Shown here: piece after piece, positions 18,065 through 28,726 of the stretch
How the letters are laid out: every line of letters begins with the position of its first letter
Numbering within the stretch: the first letter of the stretch is position 1
Virus record (IMG/VR): IMGVR_UViG_3300011115_000716
Location: 26,053 to 90,052 of that record
Length of the DNA stretch: 64,000 nt
Reading direction: 5' to 3' (one strand)
Source: a virus
Translations under genes and position numbers: made by a program
The notes under the pieces: model-generated
Seen by the model: only the letters and a program-made list of their open reading frames with translations
Database searches by the model: none
What the model was told of the DNA's origin: nothing

Positions 18065-19293
18065 TGTCAGTTCAACAAATTTCAGCTATTAGAAATAACT
18101 TAGTTACATCAGATTTAAAAAATAGAATTGCACAATTGCAGTCTGATGTAACTGTGCTTGATGATGATATTTCTAACAGGACCATTGCGCTAAATGGTGC
18201 TAATCCTGCAAATGATTCAATAATTATCTCAAAAAATGCAGAAAAAGTTACTAAATTACAGCAAATTGCGGAACTGCAGGCTCAATTAAGTGCAAACGAA
18301 CTTAATAACTCTCAATCATCTATTATTGCTACAAAATCTGCGGCCAAGTCTGGTAATGCATATACTTCTGGTTCTTTTAGTAATACTCCTGGGTATGGTG
18401 TGGGCCATATTACAAAACCTAGTAATGATATGGAGTATAACGTCCCAAGTGTAGTGGACGCATATTACAGCACTAGGGCAAGTTTTTTAACTGCGGCTGA
18501 GTTTTCTTCAAATAGACCTGGAACAGTTGCATCGGCTAATGAGCTATGGACTGGCTCTAAATCTAGTAAGGGAATGATTGTTAGTTATACTCCGCCATCA
18601 AATAACGTAGAGTATCAAGGTGGGCAAGCCCCACCTAGCTCTATAAGCACTTCAGGAGTTAACTACGGATTCCAGTTTATGTATAACCCAGCTACTATTT
18701 CTATGGATTATTCTGGTATGCCTAACGTTGACCAAGGCTTTGAGCTTAGTGGGAAAGATAAGTTTGTTTTATATGGAACCAATATAACTCAAAGCACTAT
18801 TAGTTTTCAACTTCTTATCAATCGTATGTTTGATATGAAATACTATGATGAATATGGTCGTTTAAAAGCTGGTGCTCAAAAAGCGTATGCAGGTAAGGTA
18901 CCCTCAGCAACAGCTCAAAATCAAATTTATACCATGGGAACTATGTATGACGTAGAATACCTGCTTAGAACATTGCTTGGATACACTCTTAAGAGCTATC
19001 TAAGAAACAACCAAACTGCTGACATGGGGTATTTAGGTGCTCGTCCTGTTGAGCTACACTTAGGCAAGTCTCTTAGATACCTTGGAACTGTTACAAGTCT
19101 TACAATTAACCATGTAATTTTTAACGAGCAAATGGTTCCTCTGTTTACTAATGTATCAGTAGGATTTGCTCGTTTACCAGATTATCCTTTGTCCAACACA
19201 AACCAATCGGTAGTTCCCCCACTTCTTCAGGATATCAGTACCCGTGGGGAATTTTCAGGGAGTACCTATGATGGTGGAAGCCCCGGAAGGTAG
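18064..19293 (+). CDS. tail tube initiator / baseplate-tube protein
   Basis: 'YGFQFMYNPATI', 'GTMYDVEYL', 'F...MVP'; follows the tape measure. Confidence 0.6.
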   Translation: MSVQQISAIRNNLVTSDLKNRIAQLQSDVTVLDDDISNRTIALNGANPANDSIIISKNAEKVTKLQQIAELQAQLSANELNNSQSSIIATKSAAKSGNAYTSGSFSNTPGYGVGHITKPSNDMEYNVPSVVDAYYSTRASFLTAAEFSSNRPGTVASANELWTGSKSSKGMIVSYTPPSNNVEYQGGQAPPSSISTSGVNYGFQFMYNPATISMDYSGMPNVDQGFELSGKDKFVLYGTNITQSTISFQLLINRMFDMKYYDEYGRLKAGAQKAYAGKVPSATAQNQIYTMGTMYDVEYLLRTLLGYTLKSYLRNNQTADMGYLGARPVELHLGKSLRYLGTVTSLTINHVIFNEQMVPLFTNVSVGFARLPDYPLSNTNQSVVPPLLQDISTRGEFSGSTYDGGSPGR

Positions 19294-19301
19294 TAAAATA
19301 T

Positions 19302-19577
19302 ATGATTTATTCAGATAGTAGATACGCGACTGGAACCATACTTAAAGCACAAGATGCTAGAAGTGGGGAGTATGTTGTTGCCGTTTACCGCAACTGGCCG
19401 GCAATTAAAACTTCTTTTTATTACTATACCTGGGTTGAAGGTGACCGAATTGATTATGTAGCTCAGGTTCTTTTAGGTAGCTCGTCTTTTTGGTGGAAGA
19501 TTATGGATTTAAACCCCGAGTATTTAGACCCTTTTACTATACCTATTGGAGCAACAATAAGGATTCCAAGTGTCTGA
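19302..19577 (+). CDS. LysM-like baseplate wedge/tail-X protein
   Basis: 'EGDRID.VA...LG....WW.I.DLNP...DPF.IPIG..IRIP'. Confidence 0.8.
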   Translation: MIYSDSRYATGTILKAQDARSGEYVVAVYRNWPAIKTSFYYYTWVEGDRIDYVAQVLLGSSSFWWKIMDLNPEYLDPFTIPIGATIRIPSV

Positions 19578-20856
19578 CGTAACACATAACAAGTACAGAA
19601 AAGGCACATCTTATAAAGTTAGCTGGCCTTCTTTACCCTCTCTTAGTGCACAACCTATAAGAATTGACCTTATTCAAAAGCAGTACAACCATGACGTGGT
19701 TATCTTAGAGTATTCAATAGTTAGCCCTCTTTATTTTGACACAATTAAAACCGGTATATTAGTAAAATTTACTTGGACTCAAGAGGGGCTAAGTAGAAGC
19801 TGGGTTGGGTATGTTTCATCTATTGACAGAGTTATTAATAGCCGTCGCGATATAACTATGAAAATACATTGCGTTGGTGCTAGCTACAGGCTTAAGGAAA
19901 GAGCTACAAGGGTGTTTATTAACTCTTCCATACCTGAAGCGGTTCAAACAATTGCTAAAGAATTTGGCTTACATTACTCCGGGATTAATGACGCTAGAAG
20001 ATTTTCGCAACTTGCCATGGCCGGGCATTCTTATTGGGAATGGATTCAAGAGCAGGCTAAAAGAATTGGGTATGCTCTGGTTATTGACGGAACTAATTTA
20101 ATATTTAAACCTATAGACAGCATTATTGATGAGAATTTTAGTACTACTCCGGTAATGAGTTTTGACACTACTCCTACTCCAACAAACACAATGTATTTAG
20201 ATAGAACTTTAGACTATTTTATGGCTCTAAATGGAGAGCATATTGAAACCGGGGGAGAACTACGTGTTAATAAGGTTGTTGGTGGTGTTGACCCAATTAC
20301 TAGTACACCGTCAGTTTACATGGCTAAACCAAATGCACTTGGAAAATCAGTTAGAAATAATGTTAGCGATGTTTTGTTTACTCAATATAAATCTACTGAA
20401 GTTGCAAATGGCGGTAAGTCTGTGGCCCAGGCGGCGGAAGGAATTGCTCATACATCTAGGTTCTCATTGCCAGCTAATGCCAAAGGTCAGGGAGACCCCC
20501 GTTTAATGCCATTTGGTACAGTTCTTATTAAGGGAACGGGTGAATTGACTGACGGGTATTGGTTGGTAAAAGAAGTTATTCATACTCTTCACCGTGTTGG
20601 AGACTACATGGCAACGTTAAATCTTCTTTCGGATGGACTTGGTAATACTAAGGAATCGGTTTTTAGAAACAGAGATAATAGCGCTAGGGGCAGTGTAAAC
20701 TTAAATGAAGCCCTTAAAAATAATGGTAAACAATCAGGGTTGTTCTCTGAAAATGATGCTAAAGCTGTTTTTCCATATGATATTGTAAAAATAGATGACC
20801 AAGGGTTTAATCGTACTCCAGCTGTCTGGAAAAGTGGAAAGGCTAGTGTGAACTAA
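19570..20856 (+). CDS. baseplate hub protein (gpD/gp27-like)
   Basis: 'SYWEWI...A...G', 'GDPRL.P...V...G......GYW.VKEV.H'. Confidence 0.75.
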   Translation: MSDVTHNKYRKGTSYKVSWPSLPSLSAQPIRIDLIQKQYNHDVVILEYSIVSPLYFDTIKTGILVKFTWTQEGLSRSWVGYVSSIDRVINSRRDITMKIHCVGASYRLKERATRVFINSSIPEAVQTIAKEFGLHYSGINDARRFSQLAMAGHSYWEWIQEQAKRIGYALVIDGTNLIFKPIDSIIDENFSTTPVMSFDTTPTPTNTMYLDRTLDYFMALNGEHIETGGELRVNKVVGGVDPITSTPSVYMAKPNALGKSVRNNVSDVLFTQYKSTEVANGGKSVAQAAEGIAHTSRFSLPANAKGQGDPRLMPFGTVLIKGTGELTDGYWLVKEVIHTLHRVGDYMATLNLLSDGLGNTKESVFRNRDNSARGSVNLNEALKNNGKQSGLFSENDAKAVFPYDIVKIDDQGFNRTPAVWKSGKASVN

Positions 20857-21290
20857 TGACTAAAGTAAATGCACTTGAGTATGCTATTAGTTTTCCTTTT
20901 ACTATTGATGGATACGGTAATATCTCAAAAACTTCAAATCAATCTGAAATTTGGGAAGCAAGAGTTAAATCTGCTATAGGAACAGCGATTAGTGAACGGG
21001 TTATGCGTTCAGATTATGGAACAAGAATTCCTGAATTATTTTTTGATACTCAAGATGCACTGGATACGGGTATTCGTAAAGAAGTAACTAGGGTATTTGC
21101 TAGTTATCTACCTTTATTAACCCTTAACTCTGTAAATGTTGAATATGAAAATCTATTATTCGGAAAAACGACTGGTTTTGCAACCACGGCAACTATTTCT
21201 TACACTTTGCCAAATCAAACAACTACAACCACTAGGGTCAATGTAGTAACTATTAACAAAAATATTCCACCTTATGAGGAGAATCAATGA
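20856..21290 (+). CDS. baseplate wedge protein (gp25/GPW family)
   Basis: 'ISFPF', 'GT...ERVMRSDYGT'. Confidence 0.85.
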   Translation: MTKVNALEYAISFPFTIDGYGNISKTSNQSEIWEARVKSAIGTAISERVMRSDYGTRIPELFFDTQDALDTGIRKEVTRVFASYLPLLTLNSVNVEYENLLFGKTTGFATTATISYTLPNQTTTTTRVNVVTINKNIPPYEENQ

Positions 21291-23623
21291 CAACCCCAGT
21301 TAGCAATATCCCTATTTCAATTGATTACACTAGTAGAGATTACTACGCATTAAGGGATGCCCTTATTCAACGAGTAAAAGAACGAACTGGTAATAAATGG
21401 TCAGGTAATGACCCCTCTGATTTTGGTGTTGCGTTAGTAGAGTCTTTTGCTTATATGGGAGATTTAGTTAATTATTACATTGACCGTGTTGCTAATGAAT
21501 CTTATATAGGTACTGCGACTCAGAGACAAAACGTTCTTAATTTAGCCTCTATGCTTGGGTATACTGCTGGTGGGTATACTTCTGCAACTGTTAACGTAAC
21601 TCTTACTAATTCAGTAAATGTTGGTTATAGGGGCCAGGTTGGCGCAAGTCAGCTTTCTGGAGGTATCGCAAGATTAGTAATACCTAATGATAATACATTT
21701 GAGGTAGGTAACCTAGTAAACGTTTCTAATTTAACAAGAAGCGAGTATAACGGAACGTTTACTATTACTTCAAAAAATCTTGGAGCTAATGAAATTGAAT
21801 TTGTGCCTTTAAATAGCTCCGTTACTGCGGCCGGTAATGGCACCATTGTTGTGTTTACTACACCTAGCACACATAACATTTTAATTGGAGAAATTGTTAC
21901 AACTTCTGGGTTTACTGGTGGGTCAACTGCGTATAACTTAGCAAACAAGACTGTTACAGCAGTTACCGCAACTACTTTTACTGTAACGGCTGCGGTAAGT
22001 GGTACTGCTACTGGAGGGGTTGTTAAATACGCTGATATTGCAACAGGTGCAAACATTAACGGGTATGTGCACGATATTGGGTATGTTACTGTTCCCGCAG
22101 GTACTCAACTATTTTCAGAAATATCTGATAACGGAGTAGTTTATCAAGTTATTTTTACTACTCTAACTACAGCCGCTGTTCCGTATGTAAATGATGATGG
22201 TACTGGAGGTTCTCAAACAGTTATTGCACGACATGGTATTGATGTTTCTACTCTAAGTTCAAACCAAGCTAATAGCTCTATTACCCCAGATATAAATGGA
22301 GAACTTATAGGCTATTCGACGGGGGAGGCTGACCAAGTAGTTTCCCTTATAGAAACAGAAGTGGATATAAGTACATTAATTGTGTATGTTGAAAATGGTA
22401 ATACTTTTGATACATGGACAGCTGTTCAATATCTTGAAGACTATACGTCAACTGATAAAGTTTACAGAGTATCAATTGATGCTGACGATAACATTTTTAT
22501 TAATTTTGGTGATGGAATAGGCGGAATAATTCCTACAAAAGGTAGCCGTATAAAAGCTGCATACTATAAGGGGTCTGGTCTGTTAGGAAACATCCCTGCT
22601 TACTCAATTAAGTCTATTTACGACGTACCCGGAGCCACAACTTCTGCTCGTACGTTAATTATGTCTAAAGTTACTCCTTCAAATGCAGTAGCTGCTACTG
22701 GAGGAGATGGTCCAGAATCATTAGACAGTATTAGACACAACGCCCCAAGTGCGCTTAGAGCATTAAATAGGGCAGTAACTTTAGAGGATTTTTCAAATTT
22801 AGCTCTATCTATTCCACGTGTTGGTAAGGCAAATGCTGTTGCTTCCTTACCTACTTCAATTAGTGTTTACATTGCTCCTGAAAGGAGTACTTCAAATAAC
22901 GAGACCACTCCTGGAATTACAAGGGTGGACACTGTTGATACCCCAACTCCTGACTTAGTTATTTTAAAAAGTGAAGTAAGTTCATTTTTAGCTGATAAAA
23001 GTCAAATAGGAACTACTGTAACTATTTTAGAGCCTAAATATTCATACATTTATACAACTATCCAATATAGTAAACTAACTAACTACTCTCAAACTGCAGT
23101 GGAATCTGCAATTAGGGCGTCTTTACTTACAACGTATTCTTATGATAATTTAGATTTTCAAAACGTTATTACTCCTCAAATGATTGAGGATACTTTAAGA
23201 AAAGTAGATGGTGTTCAGAATGTTTTAGTTAAATATTTGTATAAAACAGGCAGTGGAGCTGGAAAAACTACCCTAGCTGGGGATTTTAATGAAATATTTG
23301 TGTTTACTGATGGCAATACTACTTTAGAGCCGTCTTCAAACGAATCTCGTCTAGATGTAAGTGGTGGGTTAACTTCTTCAATTACTATAACCCCTACATA
23401 TAACCAAAACGTTTATCAGTATACCGCAACTACTAGCGCCTCAAGCATAACTTTAACAGCAACAGCAAGCTTGGGAACTATTGCTATTGCAAATATGGCT
23501 ACTGTTAGTGGGGCGTCTAGAACAATAACCTTAAATACTGGAGTAAATAGCATTGAAATTGCTGTGACTGCTGCTGATGGCATTACTACAAGTAAGTACA
23601 CTGTAACGGTTGTTAAGTCATGA
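21287..23623 (+). CDS. baseplate J/gp6-like wedge protein with a C-terminal cadherin-like beta-sandwich
   Basis: 'IDYTSRDY', 'GGDGPESLDSIR', 'RAVTLEDF', C-terminal 'L..G.N.I.I.VTA.DG.T..YTV.V'. Confidence 0.9.
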   Translation: MTTPVSNIPISIDYTSRDYYALRDALIQRVKERTGNKWSGNDPSDFGVALVESFAYMGDLVNYYIDRVANESYIGTATQRQNVLNLASMLGYTAGGYTSATVNVTLTNSVNVGYRGQVGASQLSGGIARLVIPNDNTFEVGNLVNVSNLTRSEYNGTFTITSKNLGANEIEFVPLNSSVTAAGNGTIVVFTTPSTHNILIGEIVTTSGFTGGSTAYNLANKTVTAVTATTFTVTAAVSGTATGGVVKYADIATGANINGYVHDIGYVTVPAGTQLFSEISDNGVVYQVIFTTLTTAAVPYVNDDGTGGSQTVIARHGIDVSTLSSNQANSSITPDINGELIGYSTGEADQVVSLIETEVDISTLIVYVENGNTFDTWTAVQYLEDYTSTDKVYRVSIDADDNIFINFGDGIGGIIPTKGSRIKAAYYKGSGLLGNIPAYSIKSIYDVPGATTSARTLIMSKVTPSNAVAATGGDGPESLDSIRHNAPSALRALNRAVTLEDFSNLALSIPRVGKANAVASLPTSISVYIAPERSTSNNETTPGITRVDTVDTPTPDLVILKSEVSSFLADKSQIGTTVTILEPKYSYIYTTIQYSKLTNYSQTAVESAIRASLLTTYSYDNLDFQNVITPQMIEDTLRKVDGVQNVLVKYLYKTGSGAGKTTLAGDFNEIFVFTDGNTTLEPSSNESRLDVSGGLTSSITITPTYNQNVYQYTATTSASSITLTATASLGTIAIANMATVSGASRTITLNTGVNSIEIAVTAADGITTSKYTVTVVKS

Positions 23624-24036
23624 TAAAAGACTCAGCTGGTAATCAAAGGTTTTACGGAGTATACAGAGCTGTTGTTTTTAACAACCAGGACCCAGAAGCT
23701 TTAGGAAGGCTTCGTCTTAAAATTCCTCAAATATTTGCAGAAACTCCTACTGGGTGGTGTTGGCCTGTTAACCCTGCGGGAATTAGTTTGTCGTCTCCGG
23801 CAATTGGGCAAGGAATTTGGGCTATGTTTGAGGGTGGAGACCCTTCCTTTCCTCTTTGGTTGGGTGTTTTTGGTTTAGAGGTCAGTTCATCTAAAAATAT
23901 TGCTATCAATCCGGTTTTAAATGGTACTCCAATTCCCGATAATTTTTCGTTCAGTTCAACTAATACAAGCAATAACATAGACATAGTAAAAAGTTTAATA
24001 AGCGTTGCCTCAGCAATTGACGGCGGAAACGCGTAA
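23620..24036 (+). CDS. baseplate spike gpV/gp5 OB-fold protein
   Basis: 'YGVYRAVV..NQDPE.LGRL...P', 'P..G..W..FEGGDPSFP.W.G'. Confidence 0.85.
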   Translation: MIKDSAGNQRFYGVYRAVVFNNQDPEALGRLRLKIPQIFAETPTGWCWPVNPAGISLSSPAIGQGIWAMFEGGDPSFPLWLGVFGLEVSSSKNIAINPVLNGTPIPDNFSFSSTNTSNNIDIVKSLISVASAIDGGNA

Positions 24037-24062
24037 AATAGTAAAGAAGCCTAGGAGAAAAA

Positions 24063-25052
24063 ATGGCATTATACCCCAGTAACGCAGTATCATTTGGTGC
24101 TGACCGTGTTAATTTATCTAGCAGCGTTCTAGCTGAGGATGTCAACTCTCTATATCGTGAGGTAGTAGCAATCTCTCAGGACTTAGTTGGAACTAGTAAC
24201 CCAACTGCAGGTGCGCTTATTTATAGCGCCGCTTGGGGATTAGGTACAGTTGACTTTACTACAACAACATGGCCAAGCCTTAAAGCTAGACTTCAGAATA
24301 TTGAAACTGCGTTGTATAAAACTTATACATTTAGTTTGGATATTAGAGGGTTAGCGGCGTCCAATACGGTTCAAAGTATTGACGCAAAAACAGTTGGTTT
24401 AAATGTTAAAACTGGAGCAATTACTTCGTCAACTTTATCAAGTGCTTCTGGAACTGATGGTGCTACGGTTACTTACACTGGAGCTAACACATTTTCAGTG
24501 GGCCAAAAAGTCACAGTAACTGGGTTTACTATTGCAACCGGGACAACTTTAAACTTTGTTTTACAAACAATTACCGCAGTTACTAGCAATGACTTTACCA
24601 TTGCTGCTCCTTCTGTAACAGGTGTTACAGGAACTACCTCTGGTATTAGTACAAGCCTAACTATTGTTGGAGACATCACTGCGGTTGTTGCAGGAATGAC
24701 AGTAACTGGAACAAATATTGCATCTGGAACAAAAGTGTCTAATTTTAGTGGACAGATAGTTACTTTAGATACTGCTTCAACTGGTACCGTATCTGGAAGT
24801 ATTTCTTTTACGACAAAAGGTACTACTAGCGGAACTGGTTCTGCAACTGCATACCAAACAACTTCTCTACAACAATGGCAAAAAACTGATAATACAGTTG
24901 TTGCGTCTGTTAGTCCAGACGGTAATTTTGCTGCGCTTGGTACATTTACTGCTGGTTCTAACTCCACTATTGGGGGAACACTCGCAGTAACTGGTGCAGC
25001 TACATTTGGTGGCGAAGTCACTGCTGCTGTAATAAACGGTGGAACACCTTAA
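24063..25052 (+). CDS. Thr-rich tail/fibre-associated protein
   Basis: 'AEDVN.L..EV.AI...L' N-terminus followed by Thr-rich beta modules. Confidence 0.6.
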   Translation: MALYPSNAVSFGADRVNLSSSVLAEDVNSLYREVVAISQDLVGTSNPTAGALIYSAAWGLGTVDFTTTTWPSLKARLQNIETALYKTYTFSLDIRGLAASNTVQSIDAKTVGLNVKTGAITSSTLSSASGTDGATVTYTGANTFSVGQKVTVTGFTIATGTTLNFVLQTITAVTSNDFTIAAPSVTGVTGTTSGISTSLTIVGDITAVVAGMTVTGTNIASGTKVSNFSGQIVTLDTASTGTVSGSISFTTKGTTSGTGSATAYQTTSLQQWQKTDNTVVASVSPDGNFAALGTFTAGSNSTIGGTLAVTGAATFGGEVTAAVINGGTP

Positions 25053-25065
25053 CTAAGGAATAGCT

Positions 25066-26778
25066 TTGGCTAGATATAATAATTTTAAATATGGTGATGG
25101 GACACTATATGGTGAGTTAACTGCGTCAAAATACTCTGCTTCGCCATTTGTAGCATACTCACAAGATTATCAAAAAGTTGTTTTAACTTGGGGAGCTATT
25201 CAAGGGGATGCAGGTAACCCAGTTGTACTTTATCAGCTGGTTCGTAATCAATACGCGTATTCTGAAACACAAACTGATGGCGTAATTTTATTTACTGGTT
25301 CTTTTAACCCACAATTATTTACTGATACTGTTCAGCTGGCTTCTGGCAGATTTGCATTTTATACAATATGGGTAAAGCTTCAAGATGATTCTTGGGTGCT
25401 TACAGGTGTTACTGAGGTGCTGGTTCCTAGTAAGCATTCCTCAAGAATTTATCCTAGATATATTGACGAAACAAACACTGCAATTCCTGCTGATATTTTA
25501 CTTCAAACAACTCATGAAAGATTTTTAAGCTACATACCTAGGGTGTTTACATCAAGTGCTGGTCTTACAGATGATTATGTTGATGAAACGTCTGATTTAT
25601 CTTTGTTTTTAGAGGGGTTCTCGTTTACAATTGATGAGTTTTTAACTTATAGCCAACTTATTCTTCCTGGAGTAAGTGGTAAGTATAGTAATGCGGCAAT
25701 AGTTAAACTCCAAGGTGACCAACTAGGGGTTCCCGAAGACCCGCAAGGGTTGACTAAAACTCAAAAAACATTTGTTAGAGATTCTATCTATATTTATTCT
25801 CGAAAGGGAACAAAAGTTGGGTTAAATAGATTTATTAAAGCAATAACTGGGTATATTCCAACAACTACTGTTAGTTCTAATTTAATTCTTTCTATTCAAG
25901 ATAGTACTTTTTACAAGGGAATTGGTAACTGGAGCATATCAAATGGTACCGTTTCTATGAACGCTACTAATACCTCAGATGTCCCTACTCCCGGAGGGAC
26001 AGCCACTTCAGTTAGTGGTACTAGCGGTACATCAACTCTTACTGTAACTAACGTGGGGTTTAATATTGCAGTTGGGCAAACGGTTAAAGGAAATGCAAAT
26101 ATTCCTGCTAACTCGGTTGTTACTGCTACTAGTGCTCCTTCTGGAGTTGGAATTACCGTAACAATTAATACTACTTTGACTGGTAGTTTGTCTTCTGCTA
26201 CTGGGATTACATTTGATGATGCAAATGGGTTAGTTATTGACAGCACTTGGATTTCAACTATTGATGCAACTTCTGGTACTTATCCTAGTATTAGCCTTGG
26301 ACAAAACTCCCCGGTATTAACAGGAATACCAGTTATTGCGGGGAATAGTTACTCCTTTAGTTATTGGGTAAAACGTAATAGCACTTCTGGCAGCATTTAC
26401 GGTCAATCAATTCTTTGGTACAACCAGCATGGTGTTCAAATTTCTGATTCTCCTGCACTGGTTGGTCAAACAGTGACAACAAGTTGGGTTAAAAAAACCT
26501 ATACTAAAACAGCACCTACTGGAGCTGTTTTTGCGGCTATTGGGTTAACGTTTACTGGGGGGCCTGTTTACTACCTCGACCGTGTTCAGTTTGCTGTATC
26601 TAGTGAGGTAAACTATTCAGAGGCTAGGGCAATTAAAATTAGCGTTGCCTCAAATACCCAAACTCGTATAGCTAAAATTCCTAGATTAAACTTTGAAATT
26701 ACTAAGTATTTACCTATAAATACCCCATATATCATAACCTCTGCAAGTGGGTTTGAAAGTTCTGGGATTTCGTCGTAA
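25066..26778 (+). CDS. baseplate/tail protein (gpI-like) with a carbohydrate-binding-like domain
   Basis: TTG start; 'IY.RKGT..GL' gpI motif; 'GNSYSFSYWVK...TAPTGA..A...YLD.VQ' CBM-like region. Confidence 0.65.
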   Translation: MARYNNFKYGDGTLYGELTASKYSASPFVAYSQDYQKVVLTWGAIQGDAGNPVVLYQLVRNQYAYSETQTDGVILFTGSFNPQLFTDTVQLASGRFAFYTIWVKLQDDSWVLTGVTEVLVPSKHSSRIYPRYIDETNTAIPADILLQTTHERFLSYIPRVFTSSAGLTDDYVDETSDLSLFLEGFSFTIDEFLTYSQLILPGVSGKYSNAAIVKLQGDQLGVPEDPQGLTKTQKTFVRDSIYIYSRKGTKVGLNRFIKAITGYIPTTTVSSNLILSIQDSTFYKGIGNWSISNGTVSMNATNTSDVPTPGGTATSVSGTSGTSTLTVTNVGFNIAVGQTVKGNANIPANSVVTATSAPSGVGITVTINTTLTGSLSSATGITFDDANGLVIDSTWISTIDATSGTYPSISLGQNSPVLTGIPVIAGNSYSFSYWVKRNSTSGSIYGQSILWYNQHGVQISDSPALVGQTVTTSWVKKTYTKTAPTGAVFAAIGLTFTGGPVYYLDRVQFAVSSEVNYSEARAIKISVASNTQTRIAKIPRLNFEITKYLPINTPYIITSASGFESSGISS

Positions 26779-26787
26779 GATATCTAT
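26753..26787 (+). promoter_or_regulatory. SigA-type leaderless promoter opening the replication region
   Basis: TTGAAA(26753)-17 nt-TAAGAT(26776)-6 nt-ATG(26788). Confidence 0.6.
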
Positions 26788-27045
26788 ATGGATATTTTTT
26801 ATATAACTTTAGTAACTGGAATGGCTACGGGATTTACTCTCGAGCTTCTGTCAACAGTATTTAGCAAAGCCTCGATTAAGCTTCTTAGGCTAGTATTTGT
26901 TCTCCCCGTCTCCTTCACCGCCGCTTATTTTTTGGGCGTAACTTCGCCTGTTTTGTGGGTTGTAGGGGTGGCCGCTAGTTTCTTTACATTGTTTGTGTTG
27001 CGCTGGTTGGATAAACCTGTTACGATTCAAAATATTCGGCGTTAA
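26788..27045 (+). CDS. small membrane protein with three hydrophobic segments (holin-like)
   Basis: hydrophobic segments and a basic C-terminus. Confidence 0.5.
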   Translation: MDIFYITLVTGMATGFTLELLSTVFSKASIKLLRLVFVLPVSFTAAYFLGVTSPVLWVVGVAASFFTLFVLRWLDKPVTIQNIRR

Positions 27046-27056
27046 GAAAGGTTCAC

Positions 27057-27998
27057 ATGGATGAGTTATTCCTATTATCGTTAACTCCATCCGAACTTCG
27101 TACTTATCTAGCGTTGCGTCATCTATCGAATGAATCTGGCCTGGTCAAGGCAACTATGGTTGAACTTGGCGAGGTAACTGGGTATTCCCGGGAGAGTATT
27201 CGTTTAGCTGTTCGCGAGCTTGAAAGTAAGGGTTTGGTTGAGACTCATAGGACTAAACGTAACCTAGGTAGGCTGTATAAAAATGAGTATCAACTATTGC
27301 AAGTTGACTTGGCATCAACAGCTGTCTATACTGATAGAAGTAGTCAGCAGACTACTATAACTACTAAAGCAATAAATACTTCGTATTTATTGGGGGCTAA
27401 CGCCCCAAGAGAGGCAAAGATGAAAAAGGAGATTGTTTTGAACAAATGGAGTCCAGACGCGGATGACAACATCGCTGGTGTTGGTAGATTTGATAATGAG
27501 ATTGCTATTGCTCGTGAGGGTACAAAGGTAAGCAAACGTGACCCAAAGACTAGGTACTTGCGCTCAGAGTCTGAATGGACTGCGTCAGATGTTGCTTCAG
27601 AGTTCTCGTCTCGGGTTTACGCTAGAGTTCGGGGTATCCCAGGGCTAGTAAACACCGCAAACGTTCGTGGAGCTCTATCAAAATGGCGTAAACAGCACGG
27701 GATAACCGCCGACATTGAGCTAGAGATTATGGCCATGTATTTTGCTGATGACCGCTTTTTGGTTAACGCTAGAAAGAACCCAAAGTTTATTGTCGGTGGT
27801 TTTTTAAGGATGTTCACAACTCATTTAGACAAGGCCCTAGAGAACCTAGGATTACCACCAATTCCGGTTGAGGAGCCTCTTGTTGCGGATTCTGAGCGTA
27901 AGGTATATGTTTATGCTTCAGACGGTAAAGCGTTTGACAATTCGCTTCCAGGCCGTAAAGCTAGGGACCGTTACGAACTATCTATGAAGGGAAAATAA
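27057..27998 (+). CDS. replication initiator (N-terminal winged HTH)
   Basis: 'TMVELGEVTGYSRESIRLAVRELESKGLV' wHTH; directly precedes a DnaC-like loader. Confidence 0.75.
   Translation: MDELFLLSLTPSELRTYLALRHLSNESGLVKATMVELGEVTGYSRESIRLAVRELESKGLVETHRTKRNLGRLYKNEYQLLQVDLASTAVYTDRSSQQTTITTKAINTSYLLGANAPREAKMKKEIVLNKWSPDADDNIAGVGRFDNEIAIAREGTKVSKRDPKTRYLRSESEWTASDVASEFSSRVYARVRGIPGLVNTANVRGALSKWRKQHGITADIELEIMAMYFADDRFLVNARKNPKFIVGGFLRMFTTHLDKALENLGLPPIPVEEPLVADSERKVYVYASDGKAFDNSLPGRKARDRYELSMKGK
27300..27408. repeat. cluster of five inverted repeats inside the initiator gene (candidate origin)
   Basis: CAAGT/ACTTG, TCTAT/ATAGA, AGTAGTC/GACTACT, CAATAAATAC/GTATTTATTG, TTGGGG/CCCCAA. Confidence 0.6.
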
Positions 27999-28724
27999 AT
28001 GGCATACAACATCGCAGAACTCAGCCCCCTAAAAAGGAACTGGTTATATCGTAATTCAAATATTCCTCACCGTTTCTTAGGTTTGGAACCATCAGACATT
28101 GAAAAAGACAAGGGTGCTTTTCCAGAAGAGATTACTGACTGGGTTGAGTCCGCTCTTCGTGGTGAAGTAATCAAAGCTATTGGCGGCCTAGGAGTAACTG
28201 GCGTTGGACTTCTGTTTGATGGTAGTCCAGGTCTTGGTAAGACAACTCACGCTGTGACAGCAATTATGGAGTTTGTTCGTAATTTACCAGAGAGCGATGA
28301 AGAGATGCGCAAGATTCTCGGAGCCTCAGCCGCTGACTTTGGTCAGGCTATGCGTCCTGTGTATTACCTGACTTTTCCTGATTTCTTGTCAAAGAAGAAA
28401 GCTACGTTTGATGCCAAAGGCGACGAGCGGGAGCTCTTAATTGCCGAGATGGAGGGATTCCACGGACGCTCCAAGATGGACCACCTAAACGTTCGTGTCT
28501 TAGTTCTAGATGACCTAGGAAAAGAATATGGTTCCAAGTACGACGACTCATCATTTGACGAAGTACTGCGTTCCCGCTACGATAAAGCTCTACCAACAAT
28601 CATTACCACTAACCGTGACCGTGAAGATTGGGAAAAAGTATATGGCAAAGCTATGGGAAGTTTTGCTTTTGAGGCGTTCCACCTGGTTCGTCTTGTAGGA
28701 AAAGACCTTAGGAAAGAGGGTTAA
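27999..28724 (+). CDS. DnaC/IstB-like AAA+ helicase loader
   Basis: Walker A GSPGLGKT, Walker B 'LVLDDLGKE', 'R......TIITTN'. Confidence 0.9.
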   Translation: MAYNIAELSPLKRNWLYRNSNIPHRFLGLEPSDIEKDKGAFPEEITDWVESALRGEVIKAIGGLGVTGVGLLFDGSPGLGKTTHAVTAIMEFVRNLPESDEEMRKILGASAADFGQAMRPVYYLTFPDFLSKKKATFDAKGDERELLIAEMEGFHGRSKMDHLNVRVLVLDDLGKEYGSKYDDSSFDEVLRSRYDKALPTIITTNRDREDWEKVYGKAMGSFAFEAFHLVRLVGKDLRKEG

Positions 28725-28726
28725 AA

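Noticed and set aside
1638-26246. Many 60-180 aa minus-strand ORFs (Val/Pro/Ala-rich) opposite the structural genes
   Set aside because: They are antisense shadows of Thr/Gly-rich genes with regular codon usage, and have no SDs or motifs.
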